A stretch of DNA of 64,000 bases from Azolla caroliniana (lineage: Eukaryota > Plantae > Polypodiophyta): NCBI GenBank assembly GCA_043228905.1, contig JBHGNT010000001.1:27094001-27158000 (forward strand). The letters are read 5' to 3'. Under the pieces are notes generated by a model that worked only from the letters and a program-made list of their open reading frames with translations, was not told the DNA's origin and made no database searches. The translations under genes were made by a program, and so were the position numbers. This document shows positions 46,214 to 59,638 of the stretch, in pieces. The number at the start of each line of letters is the position of its first letter. The first letter of the stretch is position 1.

Positions 46214-49200
46214 ATGGATGATTCATTGGGAGGCATGTTCAAGCTCACCAGCTCCAACTATTCGGTGTGGAAGTCGAAGATGAGGGACATGCTCGTGGTT
46301 AAAGACCTTTGGCTGCCGGTTCAGTTCGGGGACAAGAGACCGGACAAAATTGACGCCGTGATGTGGGAGGTGATGCACATGAAGACAACGGCGTACATAC
46401 GGTGCTTCATCGACATGAGTCTATACAACAACTTCAATGAAGAGAGCAAGGCTCATGAGCTCTAGGAGAAGATCGGCATCATGTTTCAAAACAAAAATGT
46501 TGTCAATCAGGTTTCGGTATTTCGGAACCTAGTAAGACTCCGGTACCAAGAGGACTCCAGCATGGCGGAGCACATGAATGCCTTCCAAGGGCTGATCCAC
46601 AAGGCAACATCATTGGAAGTACCTCTCGCCGATAAGGTACTAGCGCTACTCCTACTCGGTTCCCTCCCAGATAGCTGGGAGACGTTGGTTGTCACTTTGG
46701 GCAACGCCAGACCGGAAGGGAAACGGTTATCCCTAGCAAGAGTGAAGTCGAGCTTGCTAGATGAGGAGGCGCGTCGTAAAGATAAGGATACGAGCTCCGA
46801 CTCCAAAGCGCTCATTACCGAATCGGAACGCGGAAGACAAAGGAACCGTAGTCCCCAAAACCGGGAAAAGTCGAGGACGCGATCAAAATCAAGGGGAAGG
46901 CCTACTTGCTTCTATTGCGGCAAGCTAGAACACTTCCAGAAGAACTGTTGGCATTTCCGAAAAGACAAGGAAACCGACGGTACCAATTTGAAGCGGACAC
47001 CGGACCGGAACGGTAAAGACCGGAGGGGGCCGGACCGGAAGGGAACGACGGCAATCGCGGCAAGTGAAGGAGAGATGATGCTCATCACCGAGGAGAGTGA
47101 GATAAATTTGGCCGGCGACGAGATGACCTGGGTGGTCGACTCCGGAGCGTCGTTCCACCTTACCCCGGACCGGAAATGCTTCTCATCCTACTCAGCCAGT
47201 GATCACGGCTGTGTCCGGATGGGGAATGAGGGTACATGCCGAATTGTCGGCATAGGAGACGTGTGGCTGACAACACCAACCGGATGCAAGCTGCTGCTGA
47301 AGGATGTTTGACACGTTCCGGAGGTTCGTCTGAACCTGATATCAGCCGGTCGGCTAGATGATGAAGGCTACACGGGTAGCATCCGGAACGGTGTTATGAA
47401 GTTCAGCAAAGGGAGCCTGATTATGGCTCGGGCTCGGAAGGTAAACACATTGTACCTGATGAATGCCCGGTTATGTCCGGAGGAAGTGAACGTGGCATCC
47501 GACACTGCAGGTGAGTTGTGGCACAAGAGATTGTGTCACATGAGCGAGAAGGGGATGAAGAGGCTTGCAGACGACAACTTCATTCCAATGAAGAACGTGC
47601 ACTTGGAGAAGTGCACTGATTGTCTGGCCGGTAAGCAAAACCGGACCTCCTTCCGACCAAGGCCACCGATGAGACGTAATGCACCACTGGAGTTGGTGCA
47701 TACTGATGTGTGTCAAGTGGACACGAAGTCACATGCAGGAACGCAGTACTTCGTGACGTTCATAGATGACCACAGCCGGAAGCTGTGGGCCACACCGTTA
47801 AAGACGAAGGATCAGGTGCTATCCGTCTTCAAAGAGCTCCACGCGAGAGTGGAAAGAGAAACCGGTCGGAAACTGAAGGCGGTTCGAGTAGATAACAGAG
47901 GTGAATACCGGGGGCAGTTCAAGTAGTACTGTCGCTCGAAGGGAATCCAGCTCGAATTTACCATGCCGAAGACGCCGGAACTAAACGGGTTGGCCGAGAG
48001 GATGAATCGGACCATAATGGAGAGGGTCCGGAGTATGTTAGCGCATGCAAAACTACCCAAGAAGTTTTGGGCTGAGGCATTGTCGATGGCGACATATCTG
48101 ATAAACAGATCACCCTCAGTACCCTTGGACGGAGACACGCCACAAAGAGTCTGGACTGGTAAGGAAGTGTCCTACCGACATCTGAAGGTATTCGGGTGTC
48201 TTGCGTATGTGCATGTAGCTAAGGACCGGAGAGGAAAACTAGATCTGAAGACCCGGCCATGCATATTCCTCGGTTACGGCGATGATGAGTTCGGCTACCG
48301 AGTGTGGGACCTGGTCGACAAGAAGGTATTCCGAAGTCGAGATATTATCTTCATGGAGGACAAGACGCTCGCCGACTGGGAGTTGGAGAAGAAGATTAAT
48401 GAATTCCGAGTCGACCGGTAAGGATCGATTCTACGATGAGCAGACCCAACCGGCAAGAGACCGGTTAGCACTCGAGGAACCAGCCGGTTACGGTGAGGAT
48501 ACCAAACCGGCAAAAGAAGAAGTAGAGCAAGCTGAAACCGGAACCGGCCAAGACCCCGAATCAGATTCGGATGAAGAGCAAATGGAGGAGCCGGTTACCG
48601 AAGCTCAAAGACGGAGATATCCTCTCAAAGAGAGAAGGGCCCCCCGGAGATTTCCGGATGCAGAGCATGTGCTGCTAACCAATGAGGGGGAGCCAGAAAG
48701 CTTCGAAGAAGCAAAGGATGACACCCACAGCCGCCAATGGTTAAGTGCCATGCAGGATGAGATGGATTCCCTGCATGAGAACCATACGTACGAATTGGTG
48801 GAGTTGCCGAAAGGAAAGCGGGCACTCCGAAACAAGTGGGTGTACAAGTTGAAACTGGGAGATGCCAGCAACCCCCCGAGATACAAGCCAGGATCGTGGT
48901 GAAGGGGTTCCAGCAGAAGAAGGGCATGGACTTCGATGAGATATTTGCCCAAGTAGTAAAGATGACCTCCATCCGGACGGTGCTGAGTATAGCGGCTAGC
49001 ATGGACCTCAAGGTAGAGCAACTGGACGTGAAGACAGCATTCCTTCACGGTGACCTCGAAGAGGAGATCTACATGTAGCAACCGGAAGGATTCGTGGAGA
49101 AAGGGAAGGAGCACTTGGTATGTCGGTTGAAGAAGAGCCTGTACGGACTGAAGCAGGCACCCCGACAATGGTACCGAAAGTTCGACTCCTTCATGACCGA

Positions 49201-50260
49201 TCAAGGGTACCACAAGATGCAGGCCGATCACTGCGTGTTTGTGAAGAAGTTCGAAGGAGGCGACTTCCTGATACTCCTTCTGTATGCGGACGACATGTTG
49301 ATCGTCGGATGGAACCAAGCCAAAATACGGATGCTGAAGAAGGCTCTCAACCGGACCTTCTCAATGAAAGACTTGGGTCCGGCAAGACAAATGCTGGGGA
49401 TGCATATCATCCGGAACCGGCCAACGAAGCAACTGTGGCTATCACAGGAGAAATACGTGACAAAGGTGCTTCAGCAGTTCAACATGTTAGAAGCGAAACC
49501 GGTCAGATCGACACTCCCGGCAAACTGCAGATTATCTGGTAAGCAAAGCCCGAAGACGAAAGCAGAGAAGGCTGATATGATGAAGGTTCCATATGCCTCT
49601 GCCGTCGGGAGCTTAATGTACGCAATGGTGTGTACCCGACCGGATATAGGATACGCAGTCGAAGTGGTGAGCCGGTTTATGAGCAATCCCGGCAAGGAGC
49701 ACTGGAACGCGGTCAAATGGATACTCCGGTACTTGAAGGGCACTTCAAATATGTGTCTCCGATTCGGCTCTGGAAAACCTCAACTTGACGGTTTTACCGA
49801 TTCGGACATGTCGGCTGATGTGGATACCAACCGATCTATATCCGGGTATGTAATGACATATGCAGGGGGAGCTATTTCGTGGCAGTCGAGGCTGTAGAAG
49901 ACGGTTGCGTTGTCAACCACGGAAGCGGAGTACATGGCGGTTGTGGAAGCCGGCAAGGAAATACTATGGATGAAGGACTTCATCGAAGAGCTCGGTATCC
50001 GGCAAGATGAATACCGGCTCTATTGCGACAATCAAAGTGTCATCCACCTTGCTAAGAATGCGGCCTACCATTCCCAGACGAAGCATATCCAGCGAAGGTA
50101 TCACTGGATCCGGGAAAGAGTAGATGACCAGGAGTTCGCGCTGACGAAGATCCACACGGCCGAGAACGGGTCAGATATGTTGACCAAAGTACTGACACCT
50201 GACAAGTTGGATGCATGTCGGAAGCGGGTCGGACTAGTGAGACATCCCATGCCGGAGTGA
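46214..50260 (+). pseudogene. Element H gag-pol (gag-PR-INT-RT-RH) with stops and frameshifts
   Basis: CFYCGKLEHFQKNC; WVVDSGASFH; LWHKRLCH; LVHTDV; NGLAERMNRT; LDVKTAFLHG; YADD; STTEAEY. Confidence 0.95.
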
Positions 50261-50647
50261 AGGGGGAGTTTGTTAGGAAACAGGTCCCTCTGGATGGGAA
50301 GACCCGATGAGAACCGAATGAGGAGTACCCGGAAACGGAAGACCCGGTGAGAACTAGATGAGGAGTACCCGGCTACGAAAGACCCAGTGAGAACCAGATG
50401 TGGTGTACCCAGCTACGGAGGACCCGGTGAGAACCGGATGACGAGTACCCGGCAAGTGCCGGATGATGCAAGCCCGGTGAGGAGTGCTCACCGGATGAAG
50501 GGACATATTCGGAAATATGTTTCTGAGAGTCCATCGGGGCTATATTTGTAAATAGCTGAAAAGTCATATTAGTATAAATATGACTTAGGGCAAACTTAGT
50601 ATTGTTGTCATTCTTGTTGGTGCAAGACTAGAGAGCGTGTAACAGTG

Positions 50648-50685
<38 letters not shown>

Positions 50686-51389
50686 GAGGTCGTTGCCTCT
50701 GTTGTAACCGCCGCCTGTGGCAAAGATCGTGAGCACGAGGTTGTTGCCTCCGTGAAGTCACTATTGTAATCATTGTGATATAGTGATAGTTTGGAGTCAG
50801 TGGACTCCCGTAGTTTTTCCCTCTTAGGGTTTTCCACGTTAAACATCCTGTGCACTCTTCTCTCCTTTGTGTCATGCGTTCATTTCCCGTTTTCTGTGTA
50901 TGATTTTAAGCTCGGTTGTGGCCGAGCGTTGCGCATAGGAAGCGTGTAGTTCTTGTCATGTTGCCATCTGACAGTCACATAGATGACACGTCCCTCCACT
51001 ATGGTGCCCTGGCCCAACACAGTAATATCTGGATTATTCATGATAGATGTACAAACACCCCTTTTTCTACCATGCTCATCTTGCGCTGGGGACCAAAAAG
51101 TATGCCAATCCCCCGCAAGAGGATTGCCAATACTCAAGATTCTGTTCGCACTCAAATGGTGTTCTTGCAAGAGCAAAATATCTGGGATCCCCTTAAAGCT
51201 TGGGGATTTGAACTCTTGGCGGAGGTTCTTCCTCTCCAACATACATTTGCTTCCGCCTAGACCTTGTATGTTCCACGTGATTAATTTCACAATTCATATT
51301 TGATGATATAAGAAAAAAGAAAATTCCAAAAAAGGATACTACATTAGTATTAGAAAACGCCATAAGGCTATATGCACAAGATATACCAC

Positions 51390-53645
51390 AAATCCCCTAT
51401 ATTTTTCTAAATTCTAACCATCAGCTTAAATAAATACTTTGGTGTTGAATAAAACCACTCCACCTTATCATAAAGCCGTTTATAAAATATACATATGTCC
51501 CAAATGGCATGAAACTCCAAACGCTTAAGATCCGCCTGGTGCGTATTAACTTTTATACTATCCAACAACCCTCTAAGATTATGCGCAATCTTTATCCAAA
51601 TTCCCGAAATGATTTGAGTAGGTCTTTCAGTCACATTTTGAAATACCTTCATACATCAAGCCTTCCAAATATACCAAATTATAATACTACTTACCAATTG
51701 CCATATTTGAGGTTTATCTGTTTGTATTTGTGGATTCAAAGGGATCAATTTCTTTTCCATCAAACCATATCTCATCACAGTAGCATTTGCAACCTCCTCT
51801 TGTTCATATACCATGGGTTTATCATGTACCACCGCCCATATTACTGCACCCCATGTATACACCACTCTAGGATATACTAGAGTTAATAATTTTATGATTC
51901 GTTTCCATATGTCCATAGCAAAACCACAACTCCACAAACAATGTTTAGCAGTCTATTAAATCCGTACAGAAAGGGCACATTTGTCCACATTTACTTTTCG
52001 CCACCCATTAACTGGTATAACTTTATGAACCAACAACCACCGGAAACAAACAATTTTCCTACTCATTTTTATACCCCATAGTCATTTCCAAAATTGTTTG
52101 AGATGTTGTGGAGAACCATTGCGTCTCCAAAAAACATTTGCAGTTGGTTCTTTCCATGATCTAGCACCTAATATTTTCCTACCAATCTTCACCGAATATT
52201 GAAAGAAAGGTACATATTTTATGTGATCTTGCACCTGCACCTTCCAATACAGTTCTCCAAGATCCCATGTTAATCTAGATATTAGTCTCCTTTCCATAAT
52301 CCAAATCCTCCAAAAAGAATTCATCTTTTGAGGATCTTGGTCTAAGACCCAATTTTATCCATCATTTGCAATCACCCTCTCTCTTTATGCAAATAAAACC
52401 TAAACAAATTATTTTCCTTAGGTGTAAAGGTTAACCTGCCATCATCTTGTACATAAAAAATCATACACTCTAGTTGAATCCCCAATATAGGTTTTAAATC
52501 CAATTAAAATATCCAAAGGAGTAAATAAACCCATCCACTTCTATGTAGTAGATCCAATTTGCATTTGAATATTAGAAAGGGCATTTTGTATTACAAAATA
52601 CATTATCTTCCCACCCCTTATATTACTAATTAGTAACATTTGTTGATCTATAGGGTTAGGTAGAAATGTTGTGCATGCACCTATAGATTGTGTTGGGCCA
52701 CGATCTAATTCTACCCATACATATCTAATACGCCTTCCCAACATCTGTCATCTCTAGTCAGTCAACCATGAATTCCAAATGAGTGGTTGTCTACAGAATT
52801 CAAATTCTGTTTTTGGCAATCTCTTAACTAAATCAAGAGAAACATCTTTCCATGCATTAAGAACAAATCAAGCAAATCTGTTTCCCCAATTTGTGGCAAT
52901 AGCCAACTTGTTATGTTCCATAAAAACCCATCTAAAACTAGGCCTCCAATCCCCACTAGTTTTGGGACAAAACTTTTGCAATTCATAAAACAACAATTGT
53001 TTCCAAGGTTCTAATCCTGGCAACAATCCCCGAATCACCAAATTTGCAATCAAAACTTTGGATTGTTGTAATGGATCTACAATCCCTAATCCTCCCTAAT
53101 CCAATGGTTTAACAATCGTGGACCAAGAGACCTTTGCCAGACCACAAATAATTCCGTATCAATCTTTGTAATTGTCCCAAATCATGGCTTCCATCATTAC
53201 CAGACCACAAATAATTCCGTATCAATCTTTGTAACTGTCCCATACCTAATCTGGAAAAACTCCAACATGACATAATATACCAGAGGCTAAACAACAAATA
53301 TTGATTAATTGTACTTAGATCACTCTACCCGCAAATGATAGTTTAGTTTTACTCCAAAACAATACCTTTTTTCCTAATTTTCAATAGTAAAGAAGCAATC
53401 TGAATTTCTGAAGAAATGTTCAAACCTACTTGGCATCCCAAATATCTAACTGAACTGCTCTCGAGAATCCATCGGAAATGTGGATGAGGACTCCATTGTG
53501 GAGTTGTGGAATTCAACGACACCAAAAAACCCACTGATTTATTCCAATTAATTGATGCAACTGAAGCCATACAAAATGTTTGCATTGTTGTGTACATTTT
53601 CTGTAGATTATTAATCTGACCATATAGATACAAACTTGTAGATGA
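51390..53645 (-). pseudogene. Second, degenerate L1 ORF2 3' half (RT C-terminus and zf-RVT)
   Basis: INWNKS, RYLGCQVG, QRLIRNYLWSG, HCLWSC, IIWYIWKA; 63-bp internal duplication near 53138-53240. Confidence 0.8.
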
Positions 53646-53707
53646 TATAGGAAATTCCATGTGTTATTTCAAAATTAGGCATTCCACATTAGCCAAAGAT
53701 GTGTAAT

Positions 53708-54900
53708 TGGAAGGGTTTTTGTAGTACAATACTAAGATAGGAAGGCAAATCATTGGCTCCAAATTAGTGGGTGGTGTTTAAACTCGCAATAGCTGGAGGG
53801 ATAAAAGCATATTAGATGACTTCTTGAAGTCATTTTGGAGGAGACTATGGGTGTTGGATATGCCATAAAAAATAAAGGTTTGGTTGTAGCTTCTAATCCA
53901 TAAGGCAACACCTGTAGGGAAGTGGATGAGGTCTTGTGGTGCGGAGGGTGGTTGCAAGTTATGTGGACACACTTTGGAATCAATCCCTCATTGTTTCTGG
54001 AATTGTGTAGAGCCGATTAACATTTGGGGCAAAAGTCTCAAGATCGTGGTAGCTTGCGGTGTCAATGGGAAAGTTGTGTGGGGGTCCTTACCAGGTCTGA
54101 AGTCAACATGGGAAGGTTGGGCGGAGCAATTAAACCCACAAGGTCGAATGGGAAAGTTGTGTGGGGGTCCTTACATGGTTTGAAGTAAACATGGGAAGGT
54201 TGGGCGGAGAAATTAAATCCACAGGGTCATGGATTTATAGTGTAGGGTGGCAGCATGTTCCAATGTGTTGGGGTGAGACCTGGCACAAACTCTACATTTT
54301 TTGAGGAGATATGGATGATGGTGTTATGCTTATTGGTCTAACACATTTGAACTAGGCGTTGCAAGTTTGTTTTCCAACAACAAAAGCTCCCAATTGGTGA
54401 GGTATTGCTAAATATCTGGTTCGAGTTGGTATCTTGGTTGTGCAGACGATATGATTCGATTTAGGGGGAATCGAACGAAAGAGAAATGGCAAGGTCAATG
54501 TTTCTGCTGAAATGGGGTGGTTCTCCTATTATGGTCAAATCTTCGACAATGACTAAATCGAATTACGAAGCACCTAGGTGGCTGTTTCCGCCAATGGTTC
54601 CCATTAGTGGACAAGAGATGTAAATATGTATAGTTGCGGTACGAGTAACTTACCATAGTTGTGGTACCCGGATAACTTTATTGTAAAAGAGTAGGTGGGA
54701 TAATCTTGTTGTACATGAGGGGGCGGGGTTATGACCAGATTTGTGGAAGGAAGGACAACGTGGTTTTTGCTGAATTTGTTGTTGTTTTGGGAGTTGTTGG
54801 ATATTTCGATCCCTCTAAGGTTAGGCATTGTGGATCTTAAGGTTTGAAATATGTTGTATTTTGTTTGCTAACTAATGCGAAGCAATGTTTTTTTGGTTTA
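53708..54900 (+). pseudogene. 5'-truncated L1 3' fragment, same family as 41345-42345 but inverted
   Basis: CKLCGHTLESIPHCFWNC; shared 3' UTR GCTAACTAATGCGAAG; 83-bp tandem duplication at 54064/54147. Confidence 0.85.
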
Positions 54901-55714
54901 AAATAAATCTAAAATAAATTGTAAATAGTAAAGACAATTCACAAAAGGCCATTATATTCTCTTGGAGTTAAAAAGAGATGTGACCTACTATAAATTTAGG
55001 ACTTTAGCAATGACCAAACGTGTTCTAAATGTTGTTGCTCTTGTGTAACACATTATGGCGGCTTTAGACATGCCCTCTAAGAGTTAAAAAAAGATGAGAA
55101 ATTCCATGTGTTGCTGCAAAATTAGGCCTCTAGCAATTGCCAAACATGTGAATGTTCTCGTTCTTGTGCAACAGATTATGATGGTTTATGTGACGAGCAT
55201 AGCATATAACTTTGTGATGCTCATATTTTTATGTATAAGAAAACTATAAATTTCATACACAATAAATTTTAAAATAAATTACATATAGTATAGGCAATTC
55301 ACATAAGACCATTCTATTCTTATCAAGTCTTTTTAAATGAATTTTGATGCCATGTCTCATAGGATTGTACCACGTCCTCAATCATAAAATTGCAATCGAC
55401 ATAATATCATGAATGGAACTAGCAATCTACAACTATTTGGTTCGGTTTGTGAGTCTCAAACTCGAATAAATTTAAATTGAATTGTTTAAAATTTTTGAAA
55501 AATAAAACCGAATTGAACCGAACCATGAAGTCATTTTAACCACAACTATTCAAACTAAACCATTACAAAAAATCCAAGCTCAAACCAAACAATTCTAAAT
55601 ATTTTTAAACCGTTGTCACGGAAATCCACGGCTTGCGGGTCGGTTTGGGTGGGACCACCTGGGTCTCGAACCGGGGAGGTTGGTGACGAGAACTAAGCCC
55701 AAGCCTAAGCTTGA

Positions 55715-56169
55715 ACATTTTTTTTCAATACGAAATTGGATATTTTTTCTCTTGATTTTATTGTTATTTAGTTTTTACTCTGATCCCACTAATTCTTAAT
55801 ATGATTAGTTCTTGTTCCCACTTGTTCAAGCTCCATTTTTTTTTATCAAAACATTGGGCTATCTATTTGTCTTCTATAAGGCACCATGGGGCCGTTGTGA
55901 AAATAACTATGTTCTTTCTCAAATGTCGACTTATAGACCAATTGATATCATAAGTCGACATTTGAGAAAGAACATAGTTATTTTCACAACGGTCCCATGG
56001 TGCCTTATAGAAGACAAATAAATCTAGCCCAACATTTCCATAAAAAAATGGAGCTTGAACAAGTGGGAACAAGAACTAATCATATCAAGAACAAGAGGGA
56101 TTAAAATAAAAACAAAATAACAAGAAAATCAAAAGAGAAAATATCCAATATCGTATTGCAAAGAGTGTT
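55715..56169. repeat. Long inverted repeat / foldback (~220-bp arms, 15-nt spacer)
   Basis: ...AAATGTCGACTTAT (to 55934) [AGACCAATTGATATC] ATAAGTCGACATTT (from 55950)...; inner ~70 bp nearly perfect. Confidence 0.92.
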
Positions 56170-57459
56170 GACTTGTAGGATGTCTTCTAGAAGGCAGACG
56201 GTAGACCTTATGAAAACAATCCAAATAGTAAAGGAAAACAATAAGAAAATGTGACGAAAGCCTCGATACAATCACATGGTACAAAGTGACTAACAAATAC
56301 ACATGACCAACACTACCATCCTTTTGCTTGCAGGAAATTATCATTACATAGGAGTTTTTATTTTTTCTGAGAGTGATTTGTCCTCTATTGAAATCCTTGA
56401 TTGAAGACTAAAAATAAGCCAAAATCCTCTTAATTTAGATATGAATTGGAAGCGATGGTTGTGTATGCTGTTTAAAGTGCAATATTTAATGAGGTAACTC
56501 ATAAATATGAGGCTTGACACGTGATAAAGTTATTTACCACACCCCATGATGAGGAATCATATCAAAATTTATGATTCGAGTGCAATATATTCTTCTTGTT
56601 CGCAACTACTATCTATATTAATAAAGGCAATACTCATGTTGACAAGGTGGTACCACTAAGTTTTTCATTTTTTCCCAACGTCAAACCCATTGGTCTATAT
56701 TCTGTCAGAGAATGAGGTTTTGAATTTTTGTCCCAACCCAAACCTTAGCTAATGAAAAGAATTAACACTATATACTATAGCCTTAACATTCAAAAGGTAT
56801 ACTAGATTCGGTAATGTACCATCAATCCCTCACAATGTACACAACATAGTCATGACTCATAACATAGCCACCAATGAGTAGGCGTTGCTTTGGAATATTT
56901 AAACTTTCATCATTTTGATTTTAGTAGATTTTACTTACATCTTATGGCAACTAATATGGTTAATTTATGTACAAGATTCCTATCAAGTAGGTCCACCAAA
57001 GCTTATGGCCAAACATGTTGAATGGTAGTTAGCTAAGGCATTTTTGAGCGATTAGCATGTTTACTAGGAGAATGGATGCCACAAGCATAGAGTTGATATT
57101 GGTGAGCTGACCAAAATGGAGCTACATACTTGGGAGAATGACTTGGAAACTATCATGATAAGAAAAGGCACATTTATTTGGTGCCTTTTTTGAAAGACTA
57201 GCATGCACATGCTTTTGAATTGACTTGGCAAAGCATGAATGTGAAGTTTCTTGTTGAATTGGACAAAGAAATTAACCAACAAAAAACAAAAGAAGATGTA
57301 GATCCTTAGAAGAACTATTTAAATCTACAAAATTCATTCATTCCCAATGGTCTCTATCCATACATAAGTTATAACCAAAACTCCCTCCCTCTCAAAATTG
57401 TATACAAAACTTCTTGCCCCACACCACCCCCTTCCTCTCATTTTTCTCTCTTTTTTGTG

Positions 57460-59638
57460 ATGGAAGACTATACTAGCTTCCAACTAGCATCCATGGTGCT
57501 CCTTGGATTGGCCACTACTTGCATGGCCATATGGGCCTTCTTCAGCCGTAGTAGACCCGCGGCACGCCTCCCACCGGGGCCTCGCTCGTGGCCGGTCATC
57601 GGGAACATGCCGTTAATGTCGGGCCCGGGAGTGCACCGGAAGCTCGCGGCCCTCGCCAAGGAGCACAACACGCCCCTCCTTACGATCCGCCTCGGCACGA
57701 AGCCCACCTTGGTGGCTTGCAACGCAGCCACGGCGCGGCAGTTCCTCCAGACCCACGACTCAGTGTTCGGCAACCGGCCCGAGTTCACGATGCCGAACCG
57801 CGTGATCTTCGGGACCCGCAACAACATCGGGTTCCAGGACACGTGCGACAGGTGGCGCGAGCTCCGGAAGCTGTGGACTACACAGCTACTGAGCCAGTCC
57901 CAAGTGTCGAAGAAGCGGCACATCCGGCAGGAGGAGGTGGCCCACATGATCGCAACCATCCGGGCCGAGGCCGAGGCCGATCACGAGCCCCTCGATATCG
58001 CTGCGTGCATGTCTCACGTGACGAGCAACATCATGGGCCGGCTCGTGCTCTCGGAGCGCCTTCTTGGCACGATGAAGAAGATGCATCCTTTGCACGCGGT
58101 GATCGACGACACGGTGAAGCTCCTCTTCACACCATTGGTCGGGGAGTTCATGCCCTTCCTCTCGTTCCTCGATGCGCCCGTGAAGCAGAGAATGGCGGAG
58201 GTTTGCGGGCGGACGGAGCGCGTGTTGGGGTCCATCGTGGACGATCGCCTCCGCCTCCGCTCCCGGGGCCTCCGCTTCGATGACATCCTCGACCTCCTCC
58301 TCGACCACACCCGAGAATGCATCGACCCTGAATCCCGAGACTTCATCAATGCCACCCTCCTGGTAAAAAAATCCCTATGTGAAAACATGCCATCCATATA
58401 AGGCTCATATATTCATTTGTACATGTGCAGGATCCTACTTTACTTTCGGCATGTCCCACGATACCAATCTAAGTTTCAAGTCAATATGCGTGCATATTAC
58501 TCAAGTATAATTGATGGGATTCAATGTGATAAAGCACTTTTTATGCGAACATATGAAATATACTTACAAAGGGGTCTTATAATGAATAGGGTCCATGGTA
58601 TATTCAAATTATGTCCCCAAATGTTGTCCTTGATTGGATACAAAGCAATATTGCAATTAATTAGGTATCTAATCACATTGCCTAGCAATATGAATTCAAA
58701 ATTTTCCTCTTATACAGAGATTCAACGTCCTAGGTTGGTAAGGCATTAATATTATAAATTAAGGGTTTGAATTAGCATGAATTTAAATAATGAGCCAGAA
58801 ATGTATTAGACCATAATATAATGGGATGGAGTTGATGATGTGGTCGAAGAGGATGGGGTCACCTGCTCATATGCTGTAGTGGATCTTTTTTGTTTTGAAG
58901 TTTTAGCAGCAATATGCAAAATGTGGTAAGTTTTGGAGCTGATCTTAATTGTGTGACCAGGAAATGTTTCTAGTGGGCGTGGACACCTCCGCCAACACGA
59001 TGAGTTGGGCGGTCGCGGAATTACTGGCGAATCCCGAGGAGATGAGGATGGTCCAGGAAGAGCTGGAGGAGGTGGTGGGAATGGGCAGGATGGTGGTGGA
59101 GGAGGACATACCGAGGCTCAAGTACCTGAGGGCGGTCGTGAAGGAGGTGTTCCGGCTGCACCCCGTGGCTGTCATGATGATCCCGCACATCTCCAACCAA
59201 GATTGTCTCGTGGAGGTCCCGGCATTGCCCAATGACCGCGGTACCACCACCGAGGGCACACCCCATCGGTCCACAACCTACCACATACCCTCCGGCACTC
59301 GGGTCTTCATAAACTTGTGGGCTATCGGCACAGATGAGCACACCTGGGAGCACCCCCATATGTTCACACCCGCCCGCTTCTTGGACTCCGACACCGATGT
59401 CAAAGGCCAACACTTCGAGTTGCTGCCCTTTGGATCCGGACGCCGCATGTGCCCCGGCTTGAACCATGGCCTCCGCGTCGTCGAGCTCACTCTCGCCAAC
59501 CTCCTCCATTGTTTCCATTGGTCCCCCGCCACTTCTACAATCGACCTTTCCGAGTCTAAAAGCATTTCAAGATCACTCGTCCTTGCTACCCCTCCACTAG
59601 CTTTCCCTAAGTTTCGATTACATACCAATATTATTTAA
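57460..59638 (+). CDS. Cytochrome P450, CYP71 clan (A-type); exons 57460-58362 and 58961-59638, 526 aa
   Basis: N-terminal TM plus PPGP; WRELRK; phase-0 GT-AG intron before the I-helix; VGVDTS; KEVFR; PARF; PFGSGRRMCPG; spliced frame intact. Confidence 0.93.

Larger units (their letters stand above)
45495..50958 (+). mobile_element. Element H: full-length Ty1/Copia LTR retrotransposon (Tnt1/Tork-like), 5,464 bp
   Basis: 688-bp LTRs 45495-46182 and 50271-50958; TSD TGTTG; PBS-iMet TGGTATCAGAGC 46186-97; PPT 50259-68. Confidence 0.97.
41345..51285 (-). mobile_element. L1-type LINE (ORF2 only: endonuclease-RT-zf-RVT), interrupted by Copia H
   Basis: LITWNIQG, LQEHH, INVYAPN, SRIDRIY, SDHMPV, WRPITLLN, DFEKAYDRV, VRQGCPLAP, YADD, C..C...ESIPHCFWNC; short poly(A) at 41343-50; candidate TSD TTCACAATT (41336-44 / 51286-94). 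Confidence 0.9.

Noticed and set aside
55437-55530. GGTTCGGTT / AACCGAACC short inverted motifs
   Set aside because: Possibly a DNA-transposon remnant, but no TIR or TSD could be defined.
55812-56072. Two near-identical 69-aa ORFs on opposite strands
   Set aside because: Artefact of the palindrome; TTG starts and no motifs.
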